Shown here: one piece after another, positions 29,202-38,075 of the stretch | How the letters are laid out: every line of letters starts with the position of its first letter | How positions within the stretch are numbered: the stretch's first letter is position 1 | Translations under genes and position numbers: made by a program | The notes under the pieces: generated by a model | Told to the model about the DNA's origin: nothing | The model's input: the letters and a program-made list of their open reading frames with translations, nothing else | Databases searched by the model: none | From: Eubacteriales bacterium | GTDB taxonomy: Bacteria > Bacillota > Clostridia > Oscillospirales > QAKW01 | NCBI GenBank assembly: GCA_045648705.1 | Contig: JAZROO010000060.1 | Location: forward strand, 4,238 to 68,237 | Reading direction: 5' to 3' | DNA: 64,000 bases

Positions 29202-29881
29202 AATTTACCATAATGACACTATTCCCCGATATGATCCACGCAGTGCTTGATCAAAGCATTATTGGCCGTGCTCAAAAAAAGGGCGCTGTTGAAATAGAGG
29301 CATTTAATATTCGGGATTATACAAAAAACAAACAAAAGCAAGTAGATGACTACCCTTACGGCGGCGGTAGCGGCATGATTATGCAGTGCCAACCGATTTA
29401 CGATTGCTATCAAGAAATCATCAAAAATTTGCCCCAAAAACCACACACAATATTTATGTCACCGCAAGGCAAGGTGCTGACACAAAAGAAAGTCAAACAA
29501 CTTGCTGAGAATGAGCACATCGTCATACTATGCGGACATTATGAAGGTGTTGATGAGCGGGTTTTGGAAGAAATTGTTGATGAGGAAATTTCAATCGGCG
29601 ATTATGTGTTAACCGGAGGAGAAATGCCTGCTTGTATCTTGGTTGACAGTGTTGCCCGTATGGTCGACGGTGTTCTTTCCAGTTCAGAAGCCTATGAGGG
29701 AGAAAGCCATTATAATGGATTGCTTGAATATCCCCAATATAGTCGTCCTGAAGAATGGAATGGAAGAAAAGTACCTGAGGTTTTGCTTTCCGGCCATCAT
29801 GCCAACATAAAAAAGTGGCGCGAGGAAATGTCACTCAAGCGCACAAAAGAAAAGCGCCCCGATTTACTTATAAAAGATTAA
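29198..29881 (+). CDS. trmD: tRNA (guanine37-N1)-methyltransferase TrmD
   Basis: The TTG start overlaps the rimM stop (TTGA). The N-terminus MKFTIMTLFPDM matches the TrmD consensus, as do the GHYEGVDERV and SIGDYVLTGGE motifs. Confidence 0.95.
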   Translation: MKFTIMTLFPDMIHAVLDQSIIGRAQKKGAVEIEAFNIRDYTKNKQKQVDDYPYGGGSGMIMQCQPIYDCYQEIIKNLPQKPHTIFMSPQGKVLTQKKVKQLAENEHIVILCGHYEGVDERVLEEIVDEEISIGDYVLTGGEMPACILVDSVARMVDGVLSSSEAYEGESHYNGLLEYPQYSRPEEWNGRKVPEVLLSGHHANIKKWREEMSLKRTKEKRPDLLIKD

Positions 29882-29885
29882 AAAA

Positions 29886-29914
29886 GTGCAGTACATTTTG
29901 TACTGCACTTTTAT
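29886..29914. terminator. Bidirectional terminator between trmD and nnr
   Basis: Stem GTGCAGTACA / TGTACTGCAC flanked by AAAAA on one side and TTTTAT on the other. Confidence 0.8.
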
Positions 29915-29933
29915 ATTTATTGTGTTACAAACT

Positions 29934-31412
29934 TTATCTTAAAACAAACGGCAATTGAGAAATCACATCACTTGGAAGCATAGCGTATTCACCATACAAT
30001 TCGTTTGCTCTCTTCCCTGCTGCCGAGTGAAACCAAACTCCAGCTCTTGCCGCACAAGCAGCATCAAGCCCCTGCGCCAAGAATGATGCAATCAATCCTG
30101 CTAAAACATCACCGCTTCCCCCTTTGGCCATACCGGCATTCGGTGCAGACAACACCCATTGCTTTCCATCAGGCAAAGTGATAATCGTAATGAAATCTTT
30201 AAGCACCAGAATACACTGATTATTTTCAGAATACGCTTTGCAAAGGGCAAATCTGTTGTTGAGTACGTTAGATATGTCGGTTTCTAACATTGCAGCAAAT
30301 TCAGCAACGTGCGGTGTTAATATAGTTTCGCCTTCTCGATTTTGAAGCATCTCATCGGTCAAATACCGAAGACCGTCGCCATCGACGACACAGTTTACTT
30401 TTTGTCGCAAAACAAAATCAACAATTTTTTTAGAAGTAGTCTGATTACCAATGCCGCTACCAACCAAAATGGCATCAGGAACGCGTTTTTTGATTTCAGC
30501 ATCTATCTTGTCCAAAGCTTTTACAGAAAACATTCCAAGCTTATTTTCGAAACAAGAATGAATCACTGCACTATCCACCTTACTTGCAATCGGCAAGTAT
30601 GCAGATTGCGGCACAAAAACATTCACAATGCCACAACCGCCTCGCAAGGCAGCTTTGGTAGAAAGAGTTGCCGCACCTTGATACTGTTTACAGCCGACAA
30701 CACTGAATAAGCAACCATTACTTCCCTTATGCAACGTAGCGCTTTTTTTCGGAAGTCTGCATCCGTCCAATAATTGTACATCAATGCCCACTTCCTGAAT
30801 TGCCCCGTCTGCCAAGCCAATATCTTTTATCTCGATTTCTCCGCAAAAAGCATTACTTTTGGGCAGAATATGTGCATATTTCAGTATCTCAAAAGTCACG
30901 GTTATATCAGCTTGAAAAGCATCCTCGGAACACACACCTGTATCCGCATTCACTCCGGAGGGAATATCAATTGCTATCTTCAAAGAAGAACTCTGACTTA
31001 CCTTTTGAAAAACAGATGAAACGTTTTCCGGTAACTCTCCCGTAAAGCCGGTACCGAACACGGCATCAACATAAATATCCGCTTCAACAAAAGTATCGCG
31101 ATATATCTTTATCGATGCAGGAAGTCTTTTAAAATAGTATTCTGCATCTTCAGAAAATTGTTCACCGCATAGCAGAACAAGTGTAACGTTTTCTGCCACA
31201 GGTTGTAACATCGAAGCCAATGCAAAGCCGTCCCCTGCATTATTTCCCTTGCCGCACAAAATGCAAATGTCGGCTTTTTCCAAATCCTGCTTTTTCAAAA
31301 CCTCAAAGACCGCACGTGCAGCACCCAACATCAGTTCCACAGAACTTTTGCCGTACTTTTCAACCGACAGTCGATCAACTTTGGCTATTTGTTTTGAAAG
31401 CCCTATTAACAT
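29934..31412 (-). CDS. nnr: Bifunctional NAD(P)H-hydrate repair enzyme Nnr (epimerase plus ADP-dependent dehydratase)
   Basis: YjeF-N motif GKGNNAGDGFALA and a C-terminal kinase-fold motif GGSGDVLAGLIA. Confidence 0.9.
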   Translation of the reverse strand: MLIGLSKQIAKVDRLSVEKYGKSSVELMLGAARAVFEVLKKQDLEKADICILCGKGNNAGDGFALASMLQPVAENVTLVLLCGEQFSEDAEYYFKRLPASIKIYRDTFVEADIYVDAVFGTGFTGELPENVSSVFQKVSQSSSLKIAIDIPSGVNADTGVCSEDAFQADITVTFEILKYAHILPKSNAFCGEIEIKDIGLADGAIQEVGIDVQLLDGCRLPKKSATLHKGSNGCLFSVVGCKQYQGAATLSTKAALRGGCGIVNVFVPQSAYLPIASKVDSAVIHSCFENKLGMFSVKALDKIDAEIKKRVPDAILVGSGIGNQTTSKKIVDFVLRQKVNCVVDGDGLRYLTDEMLQNREGETILTPHVAEFAAMLETDISNVLNNRFALCKAYSENNQCILVLKDFITIITLPDGKQWVLSAPNAGMAKGGSGDVLAGLIASFLAQGLDAACAARAGVWFHSAAGKRANELYGEYAMLPSDVISQLPFVLR

Positions 31413-31432
31413 AGTTTCTTCCTCTTGCTTTT

Positions 31433-31945
31433 TTAAAGAAAAACTTTGTTTCTGGCAAGTGTTTTCATGCTATCAAGCATCTTATCGTCGGGCTCAAAGT
31501 AAATGCACACTGTTTTTCCTTTTTGGTCTTTTGTAATCCAAATGTAATAATCAACACCTGTGCCGGAAAGAAAATTGTATTTTTTAGCATCCTTAGGTAC
31601 AGCGGCAGCGTGCTCTTTATCGGTGTTTTTAAACATAATCACGGTATCTTTCAACTGACAAGTCAAAATATCTTTACGCTTACTTTGATTCATTATCTTG
31701 GAAAATGAGACCTCATTGGTAACAAACACATATTCCCACTCAACATAAAAATTCATAAACATACGGTATGCAAGATACACCAGTACCAATACCGCCAAAT
31801 AAATAACAACTCGCAAAATTTGACTGGCAGGAAATCTTATTAACATAATAGCAATCATTAACGGCAATACCGTCAAAATAAATCGCTTAACCTGCACATC
31901 AAATGTCATTTTTTTCTTAATAACAACTTCAACTAATCCTTCCAT
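31433..31945 (-). CDS. Hypothetical membrane protein (two helices plus a soluble C-terminal domain)
   Basis: 170-aa ORF with an ATG start and two hydrophobic helices (residues ~22-60). I recognise no motif. Confidence 0.5.
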   Translation of the reverse strand: MEGLVEVVIKKKMTFDVQVKRFILTVLPLMIAIMLIRFPASQILRVVIYLAVLVLVYLAYRMFMNFYVEWEYVFVTNEVSFSKIMNQSKRKDILTCQLKDTVIMFKNTDKEHAAAVPKDAKKYNFLSGTGVDYYIWITKDQKGKTVCIYFEPDDKMLDSMKTLARNKVFL

Positions 31946-31976
31946 CTACGATCCTCCCTGCTCTAATTTAAGCAAA

Positions 31977-32849
31977 TTATAATTCAATTATATTACTCCA
32001 AGCTCGATTACCGAAACAATCGGTGATCTCTACTCGAATCCATTTTTCAAAATCATTAATTTCGTACTCAGCATAGTGTAGTTGATCGGCGCGCAACATT
32101 CTGTCCGGCGCGTAGGAGCAATTTGACATAAACGCAATCTTTTGGCAAGGAGAACATTCACAAATTATTTTGTTACCCTCGCGTCTGACCTCAAGATGCG
32201 GCCCTTGCGATGAATAGTATTTCCCTGCTTTAAGCGCTTGTAAAATATCAGAAATTTCACCACTGTCAGCCTTAACACGTACAAACGATCTGGCATCATC
32301 TTGTCCGATATAAAAATGAGCATCATCGGTAGCGATGAGTGGTAAAATAACGCCATCGTTTGCAAGTGAATCAATCAAATATGAAGAATCGGGACGATTG
32401 CTCATATTCACATCAGAAACCGAATTATAAATTTCCACAAAGGAAAAGCCGCTCAGTTCTTTCACATCTTTTTTATCGTTTAAAGACCAGTGCGGATGCG
32501 CAAGAACTGCAAATCCACCATTTTGGTTTATACCATCAATCACCTGTTGTCTTGACACTTCACCCTTATTCATTTTGGGATCAGTTTTCATACCAAACCC
32601 TACAATGTGCATTGTGTCCCCAATTGTATTCCGCGAACCAACATTGTATTCACAACCGGAAATGATTTTAAGACCCCCAATTTCATCCGTATCATGATAC
32701 ATCCAATGATCTGTGATTGCGACTGCGTCAAAACCGGCATTTTTATATATTCTTGCCATTTCTTCAGGCGTTTTTTTGCCATCGCTAATGGTTGTATGTA
32801 TGTGAAGTCCAACCTGATACCAAATATCACCTTTTGCGTCTTTAAACAT
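31977..32849 (-). CDS. PHP-domain metal-dependent phosphoesterase (CehA/McbA-like)
   Basis: GLHIHTTISDG, AVAITDHW and AHPHW histidine motifs of the PHP fold. Confidence 0.75.
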   Translation of the reverse strand: MFKDAKGDIWYQVGLHIHTTISDGKKTPEEMARIYKNAGFDAVAITDHWMYHDTDEIGGLKIISGCEYNVGSRNTIGDTMHIVGFGMKTDPKMNKGEVSRQQVIDGINQNGGFAVLAHPHWSLNDKKDVKELSGFSFVEIYNSVSDVNMSNRPDSSYLIDSLANDGVILPLIATDDAHFYIGQDDARSFVRVKADSGEISDILQALKAGKYYSSQGPHLEVRREGNKIICECSPCQKIAFMSNCSYAPDRMLRADQLHYAEYEINDFEKWIRVEITDCFGNRAWSNIIEL

Positions 32850-32903
32850 TTAACATTTCCTTTCAAAGCACGTATTTCTGTCTACCAAATGAAAGTTCCT
32901 CGC

Positions 32904-33542
32904 TTAAAACAAACCCAACAACTCCGAAAAATCATAAATATAAAAGTCTGCTACTGATTTAATTTCATCTTGATACTCCTTTGAGGAGTCATCATAAACT
33001 CCGCAAACCTTCATACCTGCTGTTTTTGCCACTTGGTCTGCATTTAAATTATCATCAAGAAACAAAATTTCATCAATGTTTTTTCCTAAAACCGTTGCAA
33101 CCTTCTTATAAATATTAGGGTCCGACTTAGTGGTTTCAAAATCGCTGCAAGACCAAACATTATCAAACCAATGATAAATCCCAAGCCGTTTAAGACAAGC
33201 ATCCAACGTAATATGAGGACTTGCAGTTAAAACATTCAAACTGGCTCCCCTATCTTTTAATTCTTTGAGAACGTTTATAACATTGCTTTTTGCCTGAATG
33301 GTATGCAAATAGGCATCTTTCATATGCTCTTTCATTAAGAAAACAATTTTATCCTTGGGTAAATTCAGTCCCATTTTTATGTAATATTCAGCAGTTGCAT
33401 CAACACCAAGCGGAGTGATAACCTTCACAATATCACTATCATATTTAATGTTATTATCGTCCAACAAAGAAAGCATTGCCGCTATATAAGTCGGCATGGA
33501 ATCCACTAATGTTCCATCAAAATCAAATAAATACGTTTTCAT
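32904..33542 (-). CDS. HAD-superfamily hydrolase (phosphatase, subfamily IA-like)
   Basis: YLFDFDGTLVDS nucleophile motif, LTAS, and a DD motif near the C-terminus (FLDDNLN). The ATG at 33542 sits behind GAGGA; the ORF-track GTG at 33557 is less likely. Confidence 0.8.
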   Translation of the reverse strand: MKTYLFDFDGTLVDSMPTYIAAMLSLLDDNNIKYDSDIVKVITPLGVDATAEYYIKMGLNLPKDKIVFLMKEHMKDAYLHTIQAKSNVINVLKELKDRGASLNVLTASPHITLDACLKRLGIYHWFDNVWSCSDFETTKSDPNIYKKVATVLGKNIDEILFLDDNLNADQVAKTAGMKVCGVYDDSSKEYQDEIKSVADFYIYDFSELLGLF

Positions 33543-33620
33543 ATCTCTTTTCCTCACATTCTACATGGATTATATCATATAATCACTCAAAGCGCAATAT
33601 AGTTAATTTATTGCTTTGCC

Positions 33621-33649
33621 TTGATTTTAAAATCAAAATGCTATATAAT
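33621..33649 (+). promoter_or_regulatory. SigA-type promoter for the GH43 gene, with an overlapping 16-bp palindrome
   Basis: TTGATT, a 17-nt spacer, then TATAAT. The -35 element is part of the perfect palindrome TTGATTTTAAAATCAA (33621-33636). Confidence 0.5.
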
Positions 33650-33677
33650 GTATATAAAGTTTTCAGGAGGTGCTTTT

Positions 33678-34553
33678 ATGAACAACCCTATTTCAAACCG
33701 ATGGTATGCCGATCCCGAAGCACGAGTTTATGATGACACACTGTATCTGTATGTCACCAATTCCCTACCATTTGATGAACAAATTAACATTGATGTGGTG
33801 ACCACGTGCGATCTTAAAACATTTCAAGAGCATCGCGGCATTCTGGACATGCCGTCCTTTAAAGGTGCAACATTTGCGATTTGGGCACCGACTGTTATTG
33901 ATAAAAACGGAAAGTATTACATTATTTTTGCCGCTAACAACATTCAAGACGAATCTGAAGTGGGCGGTTTGTATATCGGAGTTGCCGATAATCCGCTCGG
34001 TCCATTCACAAATGTTTTTTCAGACGGAAAACCGCTGATCAACCGTATTTATAATCAAGCTCAGCCCATCGATGCTCATTTATTTAAAGACGATGACGGT
34101 ACCATCTACCTCTACTATGGCGGTTGGCGTCATATGATGGTATGTATAATGAATGACACTATGGATGGCTTTTTACCAATGCCCGAGCCTTCAATAGACG
34201 GTTTTTTGCGCGAAGTGACACCTGATGATTACGTGGAAGCCCCATACATCGAGAAAATTGGCGGAAAATATCACTTGATGTATTCAACAGGTAATTGGAC
34301 ACGTGGATCCTACTGTGTTAAAGCAGCAGTAGCTGACACACCGTGCGGAGAATTCAAATACTATGGCGATATTCTCTTTTCTACCGAACTCGCCGCCGGA
34401 CCGGGACACAATAGTGCCTTTTTCTTTAAAGGAAAACATTACACTGCCTATCATCGCCGCATAGTAGGAGATCAATATGCGCACAATCGCCTATTGTGCA
34501 TTGACGAGCAGTCTTTAGATGGTGACAAATTTAATCCGGTCGATATGACATAA
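33678..34553 (+). CDS. Glycoside hydrolase family 43 (beta-xylosidase/alpha-L-arabinofuranosidase type), cytoplasmic
   Basis: WYADPEARVY (catalytic Asp), IWAPTVI, IDAHLFKDDDG and VEAPYIEK (catalytic Glu). No signal peptide. The ATG at 33678 sits behind AGGAGG. Confidence 0.85.
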   Translation: MNNPISNRWYADPEARVYDDTLYLYVTNSLPFDEQINIDVVTTCDLKTFQEHRGILDMPSFKGATFAIWAPTVIDKNGKYYIIFAANNIQDESEVGGLYIGVADNPLGPFTNVFSDGKPLINRIYNQAQPIDAHLFKDDDGTIYLYYGGWRHMMVCIMNDTMDGFLPMPEPSIDGFLREVTPDDYVEAPYIEKIGGKYHLMYSTGNWTRGSYCVKAAVADTPCGEFKYYGDILFSTELAAGPGHNSAFFFKGKHYTAYHRRIVGDQYAHNRLLCIDEQSLDGDKFNPVDMT

Positions 34554-34604
34554 CTAATCTCAATCTTGCTTTGCTTTTGTCCAGACTAAAATAGAGGTGA
34601 TCTT

Positions 34605-35345
34605 ATGAATCAAACACTTCACGAACTATTTAATCGCAAATCAGTACGCGCCTTTACCGACGAGCCCGTTTCCCAAAAAGACAAAGATTTGATTTTAGAA
34701 GCTGCGCTGCAGGCACCCACAGCAGGCAATATGACTCTATATACTATTCTTGACATCACCAATCCGACTCTTAAAGAACGTTTGTCAGAAACATGCGATC
34801 ATCAGCCATTTATTGCAAAAGCTCCACTTGTCTTAATATTTTGCGCCGACTATAAAAGATGGTATGATGTTTTTTGTAATTATCAAGAAAACGTACGCAG
34901 GGTCGACAAAGGAGATTTGTTTTTGGCAATGAGTGACGCGCTGATTGCGGCGCAGAACACCGTTGTTGCCGCAGAAAGTTTAGGAATCGGCTCCTGTTAT
35001 ATCGGAGACATATTGGAAAATTTTGAGGAACACCGCAAACTACTGCAACTTCCGCCACACGTTGTTCCCGTTGCAATGATAGTCTACGGCCATCCCACCC
35101 AACAGCAACGCACTCGCATCAAGCCACCACGCTTTAACACCAAAGATATTGTTTATGAAAATACATACGATTGCAAAAAAGCTGAACAAATGGCACAAAT
35201 GCTCAGTGCTCGTCAAAATTTGTCTGAGCAATCGTTTTCTGACTGGATCGGCAAGTTTTGCTCACGTAAATGGAACTCGGATTTCAGCGTCGAAATGAGC
35301 CGTTCAGTAAATAAAATCATAGAATTCTGGTGTAATGAAAAATAA
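34605..35345 (+). CDS. Nitroreductase family protein (NfsA-like NAD(P)H flavin oxidoreductase)
   Basis: LFNRKSVRAFTDEPV and APTAGNM motifs; 246 aa. Confidence 0.8.
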   Translation: MNQTLHELFNRKSVRAFTDEPVSQKDKDLILEAALQAPTAGNMTLYTILDITNPTLKERLSETCDHQPFIAKAPLVLIFCADYKRWYDVFCNYQENVRRVDKGDLFLAMSDALIAAQNTVVAAESLGIGSCYIGDILENFEEHRKLLQLPPHVVPVAMIVYGHPTQQQRTRIKPPRFNTKDIVYENTYDCKKAEQMAQMLSARQNLSEQSFSDWIGKFCSRKWNSDFSVEMSRSVNKIIEFWCNEK

Positions 35346-35370
35346 ATCTTTTAAATATGGGGAAATTATA

Positions 35371-36234
35371 ATGAACTATCAAATTTCTTGTATGGGATTT
35401 AATGTCTTATCTTATGGCACAAATGGTGCAGAAACGCCCACGGAACGTTATCCCTATGTTATGGCAACCATCACAGATGAAATGCCCGATTTAATTGGTA
35501 TACAGGAAGCATGCGAAAAAAACAGTTCCTCTTCAAAGAATCCGGAAAACACTTTGGATTGGGTCATCGAACTAAGCCAAGATCTTGGAAATCTCGGCTA
35601 CGATTATTTAGCCATTAAAGACCAAAAAGAGTTTAAACTTCCAAAGCAAAACATTGCTGCCGGTCTTTTGATTTTTTATAAAAAAGACCGTTTTAAATTG
35701 ATTGATGATGGGGCTGTAAATTATACTCCTGATCCAAAACGTTATTTTCAATGGGCAAAACTCTATGACACAAAATTTGACAGAAATATTCTCTTTACTA
35801 ACACTCACTTTTCCACTGCACCCAAAGTTTGCGGCGCGGCAAACGCCCTTGTTGGCGAAGCATACCGAACAGTTGCAGCGGCAGAACTCGTTGAATTTTG
35901 GAAAAACAACTGCGATGAAAACACTGCACTTTTTGCTACGGGCGACTATAATAGCGAACCCATCACGATCGCTCAGCAGATTCTTCGTTCGCAAGCATTC
36001 AAACCAAGCTATTTGATTTCTAAAATTCCTAACGATCAAGGCACAGTGAATGTTCGCGCCGGTCACAATCCGCTTGTCCCCCATTTGATTGATTTCTGTT
36101 TTGTTAATCAAGATGCACAAACAGTTGAGAACTACTATCCTATTGTCCGCCGATTTGAAACCAACAACGACGGTCTTTTTGCGGGATACGCCAGTGATCA
36201 CCGCGCTATTATGACTTTTTGTAATTATAAATAA
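35371..36234 (+). CDS. Endonuclease/exonuclease/phosphatase (EEP) family protein
   Basis: The motifs FNVLSYG...IGIQEA...TNTHF...GDYN...SDHRAI match the EEP catalytic pattern. ATG at 35371. Confidence 0.75.
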   Translation: MNYQISCMGFNVLSYGTNGAETPTERYPYVMATITDEMPDLIGIQEACEKNSSSSKNPENTLDWVIELSQDLGNLGYDYLAIKDQKEFKLPKQNIAAGLLIFYKKDRFKLIDDGAVNYTPDPKRYFQWAKLYDTKFDRNILFTNTHFSTAPKVCGAANALVGEAYRTVAAAELVEFWKNNCDENTALFATGDYNSEPITIAQQILRSQAFKPSYLISKIPNDQGTVNVRAGHNPLVPHLIDFCFVNQDAQTVENYYPIVRRFETNNDGLFAGYASDHRAIMTFCNYK

Positions 36235-36244
36235 GCAAAAATAA

Positions 36245-36270
36245 AAGCACACCAATTGGTGTCCTTTTAT
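36245..36270. terminator. Bidirectional hairpin between the EEP gene and tRNA-Thr
   Basis: AAAAGCACACC aatt GGTGTCCTTTT (one mismatch), with A-run and T-run flanks. Confidence 0.55.
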
Positions 36271-36273
36271 TTT

Positions 36274-36349
36274 TGGAGCTGCTGATGAGAGTTGAACTGA
36301 CGACCTCATCCTTACCAAGGATGCACTCTACCTACTGAGCTACAGCAGC
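36274..36349 (-). tRNA. tRNA-Thr (anticodon GGU) with encoded CCA
   Basis: The minus-strand sequence is GCTGCTGTAGCTCAGTAGGTAGAGTGCATCCTTGGTAAGGATGAGGTCGTCAGTTCAACTCTCATCAGCAGCTCCA. It folds into a cloverleaf with a 7-bp acceptor stem, anticodon stem CATCC/GGATG, anticodon loop TTGGTAA and T-loop TTCAACT. There is one C-C mismatch in the T-stem. Confidence 0.85.
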
Positions 36350-36361
36350 AGAACGATATAT

Positions 36362-36390
36362 ATTATACAGAATAAAGAAGTGATTGTCAA
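36362..36390 (-). promoter_or_regulatory. Consensus SigA promoter for tRNA-Thr
   Basis: On the minus strand: TTGACA, a 17-nt spacer, then TATAAT, ending 12 nt before the tRNA 5' end. Confidence 0.7.
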
Positions 36391-36484
36391 TAACTTTTTT
36401 GCTTTTTTTGTCATATATTTTATAGCATTAAATGCGTCAGTATGTAAATACTATTATCGAAATTAAAAAAGGAGGTCAACTTAT

Positions 36485-36667
36485 ATGGAAAACCATAAGG
36501 CAAACAAATCTATCGGTTGCAGCGTTACTCAGTGCGCTTACCACTGCTCCGGAGAAAATTATTGTTCTTTGGAAAAAATCAATGTTGGTACACACGAGAC
36601 CAATCCTACAATGGTAGAATGTACCGATTGTAATTCCTTCAAACCCAAAAGTTCCTGCTGCAATTAA
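36485..36667 (+). CDS. DUF1540 domain protein (small Cys-rich, spore-associated family)
   Basis: 60 aa with a duplicated motif, C.V..C.YH and VEC..C. Strong RBS (AGGAGG followed by 8 nt). Confidence 0.7.
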   Translation: MENHKANKSIGCSVTQCAYHCSGENYCSLEKINVGTHETNPTMVECTDCNSFKPKSSCCN

Positions 36668-36687
36668 TTTCAACGGGCAGCCCAACT

Positions 36688-36724
36688 AAAAAGCAGAATG
36701 CTTGAAGCATTCTGCTTTTTATAT
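36688..36724. terminator. Bidirectional terminator between the DUF1540 gene and ldh
   Basis: Perfect 15-bp stem AAAAAGCAGAATGCT / AGCATTCTGCTTTTT, overlapping the ldh stop codon. Confidence 0.8.
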
Positions 36725-37666
36725 TTTTAGATTCTTTAAAACGTCATCCAATGTTTTTGCCGACTGACTTAAATATTTTTCCTCAGTCTCAGAAAGCGGA
36801 ATATCCAGTATTTTTTCCACACCGTTTTTACCGATAATACATGGAATCCCCATACAAACATCACGTATTCCATAATGGCCGTCTACCAACGATGAAACCG
36901 TCAATACAGAATGTTCATTTCTTGTAATTGCCTTAACAATCCTATAGACACTCATCGCAATTGCGTAATACGTGGCTCCTTTTCCATCAATGATTTTGTA
37001 GGCCGCGTTTTTAACCTCATCATATATTTGGTAAAAATTTTCTTTCTTGCCATTTGTTTGACAAATTTGCAAATATTCATCTAAATCAATTCCGGAAACA
37101 TTGGCACTGCTCCAAACAGCAAGTTCGCTATCACCGTGTTCTCCAATGATAAAAGCGTGAATATTGCGCATATCAACACCAAGATGTTCCCCTAACAAAT
37201 ACTTAAATCTTGCAGTATCAAGCACCGTTCCGGAGCCTATTACTTTTGAGGAAGAAAAACCGGACAATTTTAAGGTAACATACGTCAAAATATCAACCGG
37301 ATTTGATAATACAAGCAAAATACATTCTCGGTTTATCTCTGTAATCTGCGGAATGATCTCCTTGAAAATCGCAACATTCTTTTCCGCAAGATCCAGTCGG
37401 GTTTCCCCTTCTTTTTGCCCTGCTCCCGCAGCAATAATGATAAGCGCACAATCAGAAAGATCACTATAATTCCCGGCATACACCTTCACCGGATGAGCAA
37501 ACGGCAAACCGTGAACTATGTCCATCGCCTCGCCCTCTGCTTTTTTCTGATTGACGTCTAACAAAACAATCTCTGAAAAAGCTCCGTGAATTGCCATCGT
37601 ATATGCTGTTGCGGCACCAACAAAGCCGCAACCGATCACAGCGCATTTCTGTTCATTTATCAACAT
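36719..37666 (-). CDS. ldh: L-lactate dehydrogenase
   Basis: GCGFVGAATAY Rossmann motif, active-site IGEHGDS, and DTARF. The ATG at 37666 lies 6 nt after AAGGAG; the upstream ATG at 37672 abuts the RBS. Confidence 0.9.
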   Translation of the reverse strand: MLINEQKCAVIGCGFVGAATAYTMAIHGAFSEIVLLDVNQKKAEGEAMDIVHGLPFAHPVKVYAGNYSDLSDCALIIIAAGAGQKEGETRLDLAEKNVAIFKEIIPQITEINRECILLVLSNPVDILTYVTLKLSGFSSSKVIGSGTVLDTARFKYLLGEHLGVDMRNIHAFIIGEHGDSELAVWSSANVSGIDLDEYLQICQTNGKKENFYQIYDEVKNAAYKIIDGKGATYYAIAMSVYRIVKAITRNEHSVLTVSSLVDGHYGIRDVCMGIPCIIGKNGVEKILDIPLSETEEKYLSQSAKTLDDVLKNLKI

Positions 37667-37703
37667 AATCATCTCCTTTGAGATTATTATGTTGCAAAGT
37701 TAA

Positions 37704-38075
37704 CTATTTATGTTGGCAAGAACAGCAAAAATATCCTTCCAGGTTTACTTCGTAATGATCATCAGCCAATTGAAACTTCAATTTTCGGGCAAGGGTTTCA
37801 TAATTTAGTGGCAAAGTCACTTTCTTGACACCACGAATTTCCATTATACTTAAAATCGATCTTGCCAATCCATCTGCAAGATCAACGTCCTCCCCCATAT
37901 CAAGCCACAATATTTCACCAAAATCATTTTGATATTTAAAAATTGCTCCCATTCCAATAACGTCGGCATCGTCATGTATCGCAATAATATGATGATCCTC
38001 GCTACAAGTCAAACCTGCTTTTTGGCATAGTTTGGCTCTTTCCAACGGGCTTTTAACAGTTAAAATCTGTATCAC
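37704..38075 (-). CDS. Hypothetical 123-aa protein (possibly acyl-CoA N-acyltransferase-like) with a C-terminal CCSCQH tail
   Basis: The GTG start overlaps the stop of the upstream radical SAM gene (TAGTG), and GGAGGG lies 5 nt upstream. No diagnostic motif is recognised. Confidence 0.55.
   Translation of the reverse strand: MIQILTVKSPLERAKLCQKAGLTCSEDHHIIAIHDDADVIGMGAIFKYQNDFGEILWLDMGEDVDLADGLARSILSIMEIRGVKKVTLPLNYETLARKLKFQLADDHYEVNLEGYFCCSCQHK

Noticed and set aside
35608-36318. 236-aa minus-strand ORF overlapping the EEP gene and running into the tRNA
   Set aside because: It is antisense to a well-supported EEP-family CDS, and its 5' part overlaps tRNA-Thr and its terminator. It has no RBS and is a spurious long ORF.
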